A stretch of 35,168 nucleotides of DNA from Octopus sinensis (taxonomy: Eukaryota), in NCBI RefSeq assembly GCF_006345805.1, contig NW_021829901.1:1-35168 (forward strand), read 5' to 3'. Below the pieces are notes generated by a model. It made no database searches, had not been told where the DNA came from, and was given only the letters and a program-made list of their open reading frames with translations. A program made the position numbers and the translations under genes. Shown here piece by piece: positions 11,334 through 22,355 of this stretch (positions within the stretch are counted from its first letter, which is position 1; every line of letters starts with the position of its first letter).

Positions 11334-11677
11334 TGTATGCATGTATGTATGCATGTATGCATGTTGTATGTATGTATGTATGCATGTATATATGTATGTA
11401 TGCATGTATGTATGTATGTATGTATGTATGTATGTTTGTATGTATGTATGTATGCATGTATATATGTATGTATGCATGTATGTATGTATGTATGCATGTT
11501 GTATGTATGTATGTATGCATGTATATATGTATGTATGCATGTATGTATGTATGTATGTATGTATGTATGTATGTATGTATGTATGTATGTTTGTATGTAT
11601 GTATGTATATGTGTGTGTTCGTGTGTCTGTGTTTTTCCCCACCACCGCTTGACAACGGTGTTGGTGTGTTTATGTCT
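11155..11677 (+). mobile_element. SINE family B with its internal microsatellite expanded to ~300 bp of (TATG)n
   Basis: GGTTCCGGGTTCAGTCCCACTGC head, GGAAACTGAAAGAAGCACGTC, TATG array 11305-11610, then CCGCTTGACAAC 3' half. Confidence 0.8.
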
Positions 11678-11710
11678 AAGTACCAGACTTTCAAAAATAA
11701 GCAACGGGGC

Positions 11711-11944
11711 AAGGCGGCGAGCTGGCAGAACCGTTAGCACGCCGGGCGAAGTGAGTAGCCGTATTTCGTCTGCCGTTACGTCCTGAGTTCAAATTCCGCC
11801 GAGGTCGACTTTGCCTTTCATCCTTTCGGGGTCGATAAATTAAGTACCAGTTACGCACTGGGGTCGATGTAATCGACTTAATCTGTTTGTCTGTACTTGT
11901 TTGTCCCCTCTGTGTTTAGCCCCTTGTGGGTAGTAAAGAAATAG
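11711..11944 (+). mobile_element. SINE family A monomer with a 15-bp TSD
   Basis: Head plus one body unit ending AAAGAAATAG; AAATAAGCA(A/G)CGGGG at 11695-11709 and 11945-11959. Confidence 0.9.
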
Positions 11945-12290
11945 AAATAAGCAGCGGGGTTTTCAAGGCGGTGCCCTAGCATGCCTGTTGTCTTCTACTG
12001 AAATAAATGAGAGAACAAAAGAATAAAAGAATAAAGCAATAACAGAATGCATATACACACAGACACACTAACGCACAAATACACAAGTGCGTGCACATGC
12101 GTGTACACACCTACCGTGGACAGACACTCGCCTATGTACATGAGGGTTATAAACACACATATGTACATACAAGTACACTCGCACACAACATAGATATATG
12201 TACATACATATATACGGACATAGATACACACATACACACATATATATGTATGTATATATATATATGTGTGGTGTGTGTGTGTGTGTGTGT

Positions 12291-12600
12291 GGAGGCGCGA
12301 TGGCCCACTGGTTAGGGCAGCGGACTCGCGGTCGGAGGATCGCGGTTTCGATTTCCAGACCGGGCGTTGTGTGTGTTTATTGAGCGAAAACACCTGAAAG
12401 CTCCACGGGGCTCCGGCAGGGGGTGATGGCGACCCCTGTTGTACTCTTTCGCCACAAATTCCTCTCACTCTCTCTTCCTGTTTTTTGAGTAACGCTGCGA
12501 TGGACTGGCGTCCCGTCCAGCTGGGGGGGGGGCACATACTCCACAGAAACCGGGAATCCGGGCCCATGAACCTGACTAGGCTTGAAAAAGGCGCATAAAA
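12291..12600 (+). mobile_element. SINE family C (tRNA-like head), tail variant 1
   Basis: GGAGGCGCGATGGCCCACTGGTTAGGGCAGCGGACTCGCGG..GGTTTCGATTTCC (A and B boxes); the body matches 14389 and 28535. Confidence 0.85.
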
Positions 12601-12667
12601 AAATATATATATACACACATACGAACAAACACATATACCCCTCCCCCCACATATATATATATACATA

Positions 12668-13006
12668 CAGGCACAGGCGTGGCTGTGTGGCAAGCTTGCT
12701 TCCAAACCACATGGTCCCGGGTTCAGTCCTACTGCGTGGTACCTTGGGCAAATGTCTTCTAACCGCGGGCCGATCAAAACCCATGGTAGTCGTCGTATAT
12801 ACATATGTGCGGGTATCTCTCTTTGTTTGTGTTTGTTCCCCACCTCCGCTTGACAACCGGTGGTGGTGTGTTGACGTCTCCGTAACATAATGGTTCGGCA
12901 AAAGAAAACCGAAAGTACAAGGCTTAAGACAAAAAAAAAAAAAAGTACTAGAGTCGATACATTCAGCTAAAATTTCTTCAAGGCGGTACCCCAGCATGGC
13001 CGCGGT
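12668..13006 (+). mobile_element. SINE family B
   Basis: AGGCACAGGCGTGGCTGTGTGG head; GGCGGTACCCCAGCATGGCC tail. Confidence 0.8.
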
Positions 13007-13010
13007 CTAA

Positions 13011-13169
13011 GGCGTAGGAGTGGCTGTGTGGTAAGTAGCTTGCTTACTAACCACATGGTTCCGGGTTCAGTCCCACTGCGTGGCACCTTGGGCAAGTGTC
13101 TTCTACTATAGCCTCGGGCCGACCAAAGATTTGGTAGACAGAAACTGAAAGAAGCCCGTCGTATATATG

Positions 13170-13210
<41 letters not shown>

Positions 13211-13350
13211 TTGTATGTCTGTGTTTGTCTCCCTAGCATTGCTTGACAACCGATGCTGGTGTGTTTACGTCCCCGTCGTTGCTTGACAACCGATTTGCTC
13301 GACTAAAGGCGTTGCTCCAGCATGGCCACAGTCAAATGAGTGAAACAAGT
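13011..13350 (+). mobile_element. SINE family B
   Basis: AGGCGTAGGAGTGGCTGTGTGGTAAGTAGC head, internal (TA)(TG), CAGCATGGCCACAGTCAAATGAGTGAAAC-(AAGTAAAAG) tail. Confidence 0.85.
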
Positions 13351-13407
13351 AAAAGAAAGTAAAAGAAGAATATATATATAAGTGTGTGTGTGTGTATGTA
13401 TATATAA

Positions 13408-13714
13408 TGGACTCTCCCGTCGTTAGACTACGTATGAGGGTTAGGCCATTTCATGTCGAACAACCACCACACAGACGATTTGTTTACAGTGATCAAATGT
13501 TTGTGTACACATAAGATCACCCCCTTCATCAAATCGACGTTACCTGTACAGGTGCCCCAGGTGTCACATGGCAGATGACGAAATGATCGCAGAACAACGT
13601 GAAACGAAGTGCTTCTTCAGAACACAACGCAACGCAACGCCTGGTCTGGGAATCGAGCCCACGATCTCGCAATCGCGAGTGCAATACCCCAACCACTAAG
13701 CCATGCGCCTTCAC
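13408..13714 (-). mobile_element. SINE family D (GTGAAGGCGCATGGCTTAGTGG head), tail variant 4
   Basis: Minus-strand A box TGGCTTAGTGG and B box GGCTCGATTCC; the body matches 33296-33556. Confidence 0.8.
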
Positions 13715-14090
<376 letters not shown>

Positions 14091-14332
14091 GCATGTGTTG
14101 GACTCCTAGGTGGACAGCAGTGGAAACAGGGATGTTACGCTACAGTCCAGAAGTTGGACATTCCCAGCAGCGAGCGGAACTGACGGAGAATACCCACATC
14201 AATTGTAATCTCCCGTCGTCAGCTGATGAAAGGAAAGCCCTCTCGTTGCAAAATACATCTAGATAATGTATATCTCTCTATCTATCTATCTATCTATCTA
14301 TCTCTATCTATCTATCTATGTGTGGGTGTGTG

Positions 14333-14382
<50 letters not shown>

Positions 14383-14388
14383 GTGTGT

Positions 14389-14686
14389 GGAGGTGCAATG
14401 GCCCAGTGGTTAAGGCAGCGGACACGCGGTCGTATGATCGCGGTTTCGATTCCCAGACCGGGCGTTGTGAGTGTTTATTGAGCGAAAACACCTAAAAGCT
14501 CCACGAGGCTCCGGCAGGGGGTGGTGGCGATCCCTGCTGTACTCTTTCGCCACAACTTTCTCTCACTCTTTCTTCTGTTGGCCTGCTCGCTTAGCCAGCG
14601 GGGTGGCGTCATTTGAAGGCTAAAACAATGCGAAGCGCATTGTGACCAGCGATGTGTAGCAACATATGATAGCCTGGTCGGTCACG

Positions 14687-14690
<4 letters not shown>
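14389..14690 (+). mobile_element. SINE family C, tail variant 2
   Basis: GGAGGTGCAATGGCCCAGTGGTTAAGGCAGCGGAC head; the tail CATTGTGACCAGCGATGTGT..GGTCGGTCACG is shared with 16918-17090. Confidence 0.85.
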
Positions 14691-14734
<44 letters not shown>

Positions 14735-14850
14735 GTAAAAGCAATTAAGATTCAAGTGAGTTCCAATGAATTCACATGAATGCGGTACTTAACTTAGATG
14801 CACCAGAATCTATATGCTATTAATCATAAAATAATGTGGGGTGATTATAA

Positions 14851-14944
14851 ACAAGAAAAAAGCAACAAGAATGAATTTTATAAAGCTGTTCTTCGTATGA
14901 AACAATTGTACTGAACAACTAATCCATTCTTGTTGCTTTTTTCT

Positions 14945-14947
<3 letters not shown>
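14851..14947. mobile_element. 97-bp MITE-like foldback with perfect 23-bp terminal inverted repeats
   Basis: ACAAGAAAAAAGCAACAAGAATG (14851-14873) and its exact reverse complement (14925-14947), followed by (TA)n. Confidence 0.7.
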
Positions 14948-14999
<52 letters not shown>

Positions 15000-15000
15000 T

Positions 15001-15715
15001 GCACACCTCGAATTCTGCTGCCCCTGTGGTCTCCCCATACAAACAAAACATTTCGAAAATTGAATCACCCCAGAGGTCATTCACTAAAAGAATCGAGGAC
15101 ATGGTTGATCTCGATTATTGGGACCACCTTAAAGCATTGAAACTCTTTTCTCTCTAGCCCCACATCATTTGCACAATGTGGATACATCATTTGCACAATG
15201 TGGAGAATATACCACCAGCATTGGCCATACGTTCCCTACCCAATTACAACACGTAAATACACTGCAACACAATATCGTTTCTTCAAAAGGCCCTGTCCTA
15301 TTTAATATTGTCTCGATACAGATCAAAGAGGAAAAGGATCCCATCACTTTTAAACGGGATCCGGACAAATTTCTTCAAGGAATACCGGATACAACTCACT
15401 CATCAAGAACTCCCTCCTCGAATGGACCATGAAACCAGAAAACTTGACTTAAAAAGGATTTAGATAATCCTGGATACAGATGTCTTTAAAATGAAGCTGG
15501 ATCTCTTCCTGTCAGGTGTCCCAGATGAACCAACTTCACGGCAGGAGGGGCAGATGAGGGCAGCTGCATCGAACTCTCTCATGCACCAAATAGCAGCTGC
15601 TAGAAAGCCTTCATGAAGTGAAACCAAGTAGCAACACCAATGGCGGTGCCCCAGCATGGCCACAGCTCATAAGCTGAAACTGGAAAAATCAAAATCAAAT
15701 CAAATCAATCCTATC
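15001..15715 (+). mobile_element. Two adjacent CR1/L2-like LINE 3' fragments (RT C-terminus and 3'UTR)
   Basis: HLEFCCPCG/VVSPYKQNISKIESPQRSFTKRIEDMVDLDYWDHLKALKLFSL; SSKGPVLFNIV..FKRDPDKFLQGIPD; second copy VFKMKLDLFLSGVPDEPTSRQ..; ends in a stem-loop and an (AAATC)n-like tail. Confidence 0.85.
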
Positions 15716-15854
15716 AGGTGGTGCTATTAAGTTAGACATGGTCTGGACCAGTCTTTGGTCGAAACATATCAAAGCTATCCAAGTTATATGTATATATATA
15801 CACACACACACACATATGTATGCGTGTGTGTGTGTGTGTATATTCTTTTATTTT

Positions 15855-16500
15855 TTACTTACTTCAGTGATTTGGCTGCGGCCATGCTGGGGTACCGCCT
15901 TGAAGGGTTTTAGTCAAACAAATCAATCCTAAGACCTTTTTTATAAAGCCTAGTTTCTGTTACCGGACCGATAAATTACGGGAACGTAAACACACCGACA
16001 CCGGTTGTCAAGCGGTTATGGAGGGACAAACACAGGCACAAAGGCACACACGTACACACACGCATACACCGCCCCCTCCACAGATATATACAATGGGTTT
16101 CTTTCAGTTTCCGTCTACCAAATCCACCCACAAAGCTTTGGTCGGCCCGAGGCTATAGCAGAAGACACTTGCCCAAGGTGCCACGCAGTGGGAATGAACT
16201 CGGAACCATGGCATTAAACTCGATGCCAAGTGGTTGGCAAGCAACAAGCTTCTTAGTGTGTGTGTGTGTGTGTATTTTTCTTGTTTCCGACATTAGACTA
16301 CGGCCATGCTGGGGTACCACCTTGAAGAATTTTAGTCGAACAAATCCAAATCGACGTAGGTGCTTATTTTATTTTTAAAGTCCAGTAACTAATTCTATCG
16401 GTGTGTTTTGCCGAACCGCTATATCACGGGGACGTTGACCCACCAACAGCGGATGTCAAGCTGTGCTGAAAGGATAAACACAAAAACACTCACTCACTCA
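15855..16500 (-). mobile_element. Two SINE family B copies or fragments
   Basis: GGCCATGCTGGGGTACC tails at ~15880 and ~16300; CTTTCAGTTTCCGTCTACC body at ~16100. Confidence 0.75.
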
Positions 16501-16569
16501 CGTGTGTGTGTGTATGTGTATATATAAATATATATGTCCTGTTACTATTTTTATTGTATTTTTTTATTG

Positions 16570-16861
16570 TATGTATATTTGTGTAACATTGTCCATTTTT
16601 TCCGTCCTTATTTTCGTATACATTCGTTGCTTTCTTCCAAGGAATCTAATGCTCTTAACTTAGTTTTTCCTTGGGGCTGGCCAGATTGGAGCAATCTCAA
16701 GAATAATCAGCCGAAATTGCGAGGACAATCTGGTGCTTGACTGAGGAGAGAAGACTTCGAATGACCAGTCTTTGTTTTCTTTGTATCGCCTATCTGGATG
16801 TTTTGTTGACCCTTTCTTGTATCACCTAACTGTCTGGATGTTTTGCGTTCTTGTCCCATTT

Positions 16862-16865
<4 letters not shown>
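16570..16865 (+). mobile_element. Dispersed repeat family E, TA-flanked (other copies at 18165-18400 + and 34740-34910 -)
   Basis: GGAGCAATCTCAAGA..ATCAGCCGAAATTGC..CTTGACTGA(G/T)GA..CTTCGAATG shared between copies. Confidence 0.8.
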
Positions 16866-16907
<42 letters not shown>

Positions 16908-16917
16908 TATATATATG

Positions 16918-17090
16918 TGGAGGCTCCGACAGGGGGTGGTGATCCCTGCTGTACTCTTTCACCACTCTTTCTCCCACTCTTTCTTCTGTTGGCCTGCTCG
17001 CATAGCCAGCGGGGTGGCGTCATTCGAACGCATTGTGACCAGCGATGTGTAACAACATCTGATGGTCTGGTCGGTCACGTGATCACGTGA
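16918..17090 (+). mobile_element. SINE family C, 5'-truncated, tail variant 2
   Basis: GAGGCTCCGACAGGGGGTGGTGATCCCTGCTGTACTC plus the tail seen at 14600-14690. Confidence 0.8.
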
Positions 17091-17109
17091 TATATATATA
17101 TATATATGT

Positions 17110-17240
17110 ATATATATACAGAGAAGGCTTTGATCGGCCGGAGGCTATAATAGAAGACACTTGCGTATGGTGCCACACAGTGAGTTTGAACCGAGGACCT
17201 TGTGGTTGGGAAGCAAGCTTCTCGCAACGCAGCCACACCT
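17110..17240 (-). mobile_element. SINE family B 5' fragment
   Basis: GGCTTTGATCGGCCGGAGGCTATAATAGAAGACACTTGC..GCAGCCACACCT. Confidence 0.7.
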
Positions 17241-17574
17241 ATTCTCCATCAGAAGCACTGACTGCTTCTTCAGTGTGATGCCAATGTCTTTCTTGCTTTT
17301 CTTCTTCTTTTTTTTTTTATTCATTTTGTTTTTCAATAATGTTTGAGTGTTTTATTCGACATTAATTCCGTTTTATAAAGAATTAAATTAATTCAATGAA
17401 TTAATATCAGTCAGGACACAGAAAAAAATAATAACTTGCAAAAGACTTGCTCTTTCAACTTAGGAAACGATTGAAGACATCAAATGGAGGAAAATAAATT
17501 GATAACAAAAATAAAAAAAAAAAATTAAAAGGAAAATAAGCGAAGAAAAGAAAACAACAAATAAACAAACATTA

Positions 17575-17785
<211 letters not shown>

Positions 17786-17801
17786 TCTAAGTATATACAT
17801 G

Positions 17802-17832
<31 letters not shown>

Positions 17833-17861
17833 ACACATGCATATATACATATATATATATA

Positions 17862-17902
<41 letters not shown>

Positions 17903-17914
17903 GTGTGTGGTGTG

Positions 17915-17946
<32 letters not shown>

Positions 17947-18164
17947 CGCCTGTCTATTATGTATAACACACATTATTTGTAGAAAATAACAAATGTATAG
18001 TAAAAGTGTATTTAAATGTCCATGCATGCACATACATGTATATTATTTGTATAACAGACACACACATGCGAATACATAATTCTACACACACTTGTTCTTG
18101 TGCGCGCACGCAAGTGAGTGCGTATTTACGCGCGCATGCGTGTATGCGTATGTATATATATATA

Positions 18165-18400
18165 TGTTTTCCGTCCTCGTGTTGTATACATTCGAAGCTT
18201 TCTTCCAGGGGATCTAATGCGCTTGGCTTAGATTTCCCTTGGCGGGCTGGCCATATCGGAGCAATCTCAAGATTAATCAGCCGAAATTGCTAAGATGATC
18301 TGGTTCTTGACTGATGACTGAGGGCTTCGAATGTCCCGTCCTGTGGTTCTTGTGTCGTCTCTGTGGTGTTTCATGTTCTTGTCCATGTCTGTAATTATAT
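18165..18400 (+). mobile_element. Dispersed repeat family E, second copy
   Basis: Aligns by eye with 16585-16800; flanked by (TA)n on both sides. Confidence 0.75.
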
Positions 18401-19062
18401 TTTACTGTTTACCTATATATATATATATATATATGAGTGTGTGTGTGTGTTTATGTCTTTTGGAATCCGTTTACTGGAAACTCTTCGGGGAAGATCGTTT
18501 ACGATAACAAAAGCCAGCTGCTATAATTAAATTTCGACTCACTAATTCTTATAACAATAACCAGATGATAACATTATCCGTGATTTTATTAACCTGGTTA
18601 CTAAAATATATGTATATACATATATATGTGTGTATATATATATATGTATATACACATATGCAAATCCTAACACACACACACACACATACACACACAGACA
18701 AACACATACATACACACATACACATGCGCAAACTCGCATATTTCTATGCACACAAACACACGCGCATATATTTATACACACAAACACATACATACACACA
18801 CACATATATCTATGCACACAAGCACATACATACATACATTCACGCAAACACACACACACACTTAGACACACATATATATCTATATACACGCACACACACG
18901 CATATATCTATGCACACACAACACACACGCACATATTTATACACACAAACACATACACACATAAAAACATGCATACACGCAAACACAACGCGCCCACGTG
19001 TTTATATCTATGCACACACACACACACACACACACACCAATAATACACACACACACACTCAC

Positions 19063-19199
19063 GCACTCGACAGACAATGCCACAGATGGCGTCTCTATAT
19101 GGTTATCTGACCAGCTAGAAACAATAGCCAAATACGCCACACTTCGTATTCTACCTAACAACTTATTACTGGGAGTTTCGTGTGATAACGGGGTTCCTT
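19063..19199 (-). CDS. Candidate internal exon, unknown product (GTPLSHETPSNKLLGRIRSVAYLAIVSSWSDNHIETPSVALSVEC)
   Basis: Minus strand: CCACTTCTTCCCCCCTTTCAG acceptor, 137 nt open in one frame, GTGAGT donor; an island of unique sequence between repeats. No recognised homology. Confidence 0.25.
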
Positions 19200-19324
19200 C
19201 TGAAAGGGGGGAAGAAGTGGTCTCAGAATAGATGGTCACGTCTGGATTATGTTAGGTCAGAAAATCTGTATGGTTATAGATATCCTGGGGCTAAACAACA
19301 ACTACAGCAGGAAAACCAGCAGCA

Positions 19325-19759
19325 TCACCACCAGCACCATCCACCATCACCACCACCACCACCACCACCATCAACACCACCACCACAACCACCACCAGCA
19401 CCATCCACCACCACCATCAACACCACCACCACCAACACTACCAATGCCACTGCCGCCGCCACTGCCGCCGCCACTGCCGCCACCACTGCCGCCGCCACTG
19501 CCGCCACCACTGCCGCCGCCACTGCCGCCGCCACTGCCGCCGCCACTGCCGCCGCCACTGCCGCCGCCACTGCCGCCGCCACTGCGCCGCCGCACGCCCT
19601 CCACCACTGCGCCGCCACTGCCGCAAACTGCCGCCGCCACTGCCGCCGCCACTGCCGCCGCCACTGCCGCCCCTGCCGCCCTGCCGCCGCCACTGCCGCC
19701 ACCACGACCACCTGCACCACCACCACCACCACCACCACCGGCACCACCACCTCCACCAC

Positions 19760-19772
<13 letters not shown>
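19325..19772. repeat. GC-rich (CAC)n-(CCGCCGCCACTG)n-(CAC)n compound repeat
   Basis: 12-bp unit at ~19447-19700 flanked by CAC/ACC runs. Confidence 0.9.
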
Positions 19773-19791
<19 letters not shown>

Positions 19792-20056
19792 TGATACATT
19801 CCTGGCTGGTCATATCGCTGGTAAATACCTTACATGACTAACATAGTATATAGGACAGACAGACTTCAGTTGAGGGCAGATGAGAATAGCGCTTAGCTGT
19901 CAAAACAGCCACCCCAACATAGCTCACATCCATCCATGCATCCACTCCCACCCCCTCCGCACGCATGTATGTACTTGTCTATATGAATGTATGTTTGTAT
20001 GTGTATGCGTGTGCATGTAAGCGTGTCGAATTCAATAAATAACGTATTTAGTTACA

Positions 20057-20567
20057 TCTATATATATAAAACTGTAGTTGTGTGAGTGTCTGTCCCCTTC
20101 GATTTAGATCCTTAACTACTCCCACATTTTGCGGTGCAGTTTAACCAAATTCGGGTATCTTATAGTCGTGATTCATATCGAGCCCGTCTGGGTATTAGCG
20201 CGCGTCTACGATGAGTCTCGATTTTAAAAATAATTTAACATCATTTTTTATTCCATTTTAATGCATAATTTTTCGTGTGTCGATGGCGTGGAGTTGGCGT
20301 CCACGCTCACACCTGCACCTGTTTTGCTTCTCCCCCTTCTTCCCTCCCTCGTGAAGCTGTGGGGAAGGGAGTGTAAGGAAATCAACGTCGTAAAGCGTTG
20401 TCAAGAGACCAGCGTTCTTTTAGAACAACGACTTCATGGCTTGAAGATACCAAAACAGAAATGGCTAAGAAAGCCCGAATTGGCATCTATAAGGGAAGTA
20501 ACTCTCTAAAAATGATTATATAGTTATTTCCCTTACAAACCCGAGCAACGCCGGGCGATACTGCTAG
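20057..20567 (+). mobile_element. Non-autonomous Helitron (family Hel-A)
   Basis: A/TCTATATATATAAAAC start; AAACCCGAGCAACGCCGGGCGATACTGCTAG end. Confidence 0.8.
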
Positions 20568-20944
20568 TCTATATATATAAAGCTGAAGTTGTCTGTGTAT
20601 GGCAGGTTTGGTAGCCTTCAACTAACACTATCTCCTCTGAGACCCTGCGGCGCAAGTTGACCAAAATTGAAAGTATGATAGAAGAAGGCTTACTCTTCCT
20701 TCCGTAAATCGGTCCATGTTAAGACCAAAAAGTATTTACACCAAAAAGGTGCTTTTTTTCTATGAAGATCCCTATTTTTAAAGATTTTTTGACTGCTGTG
20801 TCGCCATTTCTCGGTGTATTTCAAGCAGAAAAATGTTCAGTTAAAGAGAATAACAAACTACATAAAGCAAAATATTTTACTTCTAAAAAATTCCAATTGT
20901 AAAGGGTCGAAACAAACCCGAACAACGCCGGGCGATACTGCTAG
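20568..20944 (+). mobile_element. Non-autonomous Helitron (family Hel-B), fused directly behind Hel-A
   Basis: TCTATATATATAAAGCTGAAGTTG start, body homologous to 3297-3692, ends CAACGCCGGGCGATACTGCTAG/T. Confidence 0.85.
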
Positions 20945-20964
20945 TATATATATACGTATATGTG

Positions 20965-21335
20965 TGTGGCTGTGTGGTAAGTAGCTTGTTTACCACCCAC
21001 ATGGTTCCGGGTTCAGTCCCACTGCGTTGCACCTTGGGCAAGTGTCTTCTATTATAGCCTTGAGCCGACCAAAGCTTTGATTTGGTAGACGGAAACTGAA
21101 TGAAGCCTGTCGTATATATATATATGTATGTGTGTGTGTGTGTGTATGTGTGCGCGCGCGCGTGTGTTTGTGTGTCTATGTTTACGTCCCGTAATCTAGC
21201 GGTTCGGCAAAACAGACTGATAGAATAAGTACTAGGCTTACAAAAGAATAAGTCCTAGGATCGATTTGTTCGACTAAAGGTGGTGTTCCAGCATGGCCGC
21301 AGTCAAATGACTGAAACAAGTAAAAGAATAAAGAA
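20965..21335 (+). mobile_element. SINE family B
   Basis: GTGGCTGTGTGGTAAGTAGC head; CAGCATGGCCGCAGTCAAATGACTGAAACAAGTAAAAG tail. Confidence 0.85.
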
Positions 21336-21758
21336 TATATATATATATATAAAGTATAGTAGCCATCTTATCATGGCTAACCACATTGGGGAGGGGGTGT
21401 TACTGTAGCTTTATAGCCCCAAGAGATCGTCGTCTCTAGCTGGCTTTAGACACCATATCAGTGCCCTTGGAGTATTTGCAAAGGGAGGCCATCCCTTCCT
21501 TGCAAGCCTGAGTGATACGCTCGGACTAGTTTCGGTATTTTTGTCCCTTGTCAACGGGCGGTAACCACCAGATCGCGATGAAAGTGAAGGCTGCTTTGCA
21601 AATATATAAGTTTTTCTAGTGGCGTCTGCCACTGATGTAGAAAAACTATCAATCCGTCTATCGATCGCTCGATCGCTCGATCGTTCGTTCACTGTTTTCT
21701 ACCGTTGGATACACACACACATCAACGTAAATATCGAACAATGAGAATGAAAGATCAA

Positions 21759-21801
<43 letters not shown>

Positions 21802-21868
21802 TGTACAAATGTATGCTTGTGTTTGTGTATGTATATACCCAATCCCTATATTCATATACATAAACACA

Positions 21869-21910
<42 letters not shown>

Positions 21911-22023
21911 ATATATAATATATATATATATATATACTTATATATATTTCTCTGTGTGCATGTATGTGTCTGCGTGTATATACGTGCATCCATATATTTA
22001 CACACACACACACTCGCACGCAA

Positions 22024-22066
<43 letters not shown>

Positions 22067-22355
22067 TAAATGCGCACTTTATACTACAAAATGGAGATGA
22101 AGCGAAACAAAGAAACAAAAGTGTTCACCGACAATAAGCTGTCAATCCGTTATTAAAAACAATCTTCTTAAGTCTGTAAAAACCATGCAAAGTTTTGCAA
22201 TGTTGACGGCAATGGTTTCACAAGAGCTTTGATATCTTAACAAGGATTCTTTCCCGAGTTAATTCCCCAAATACAAGATGTATTTTAGTGGTAACTACAT
22301 GGCTCCTGGTTCAGTCCTACTGTGTGGCATCTTGAGCCTATTGCATATATATATA

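Noticed and set aside
12291-12365. tRNA gene candidates at SINE heads (also 14389, 26913, 28535)
   Set aside because: A and B boxes are present, but I could not fold a complete cloverleaf and each continues into a SINE body.
11995-12888. 297-aa minus-strand ORF, the longest in the track
   Set aside because: It runs through SINE-B, SINE-C and microsatellites; a chance open frame across unrelated repeats.
14223-14265. CTGATGA followed by CAAAATACATC, a possible CpG-decayed hammerhead (CGAAACGCGTC)
   Set aside because: It needs four substitutions, and stems I and II do not pair convincingly. Worth revisiting only with a family consensus.
16736-16770. CTGAGGA..TTCGAAT in family E as a hammerhead
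   Set aside because: GAAT instead of GAAA, and no compatible UH site or stem I in any of the three copies.
19182-19841. Formin-like or His/Ala-rich ORFs
   Set aside because: Stop-free because of the GC-rich repeat; no FH2 or other domain, no ATG or splice support, and they end in a CA microsatellite.
20261-20509. 82-aa ORF as a captured gene fragment in Hel-A
   Set aside because: No recognisable motif; it lies within a non-autonomous Helitron body and its length is within chance.
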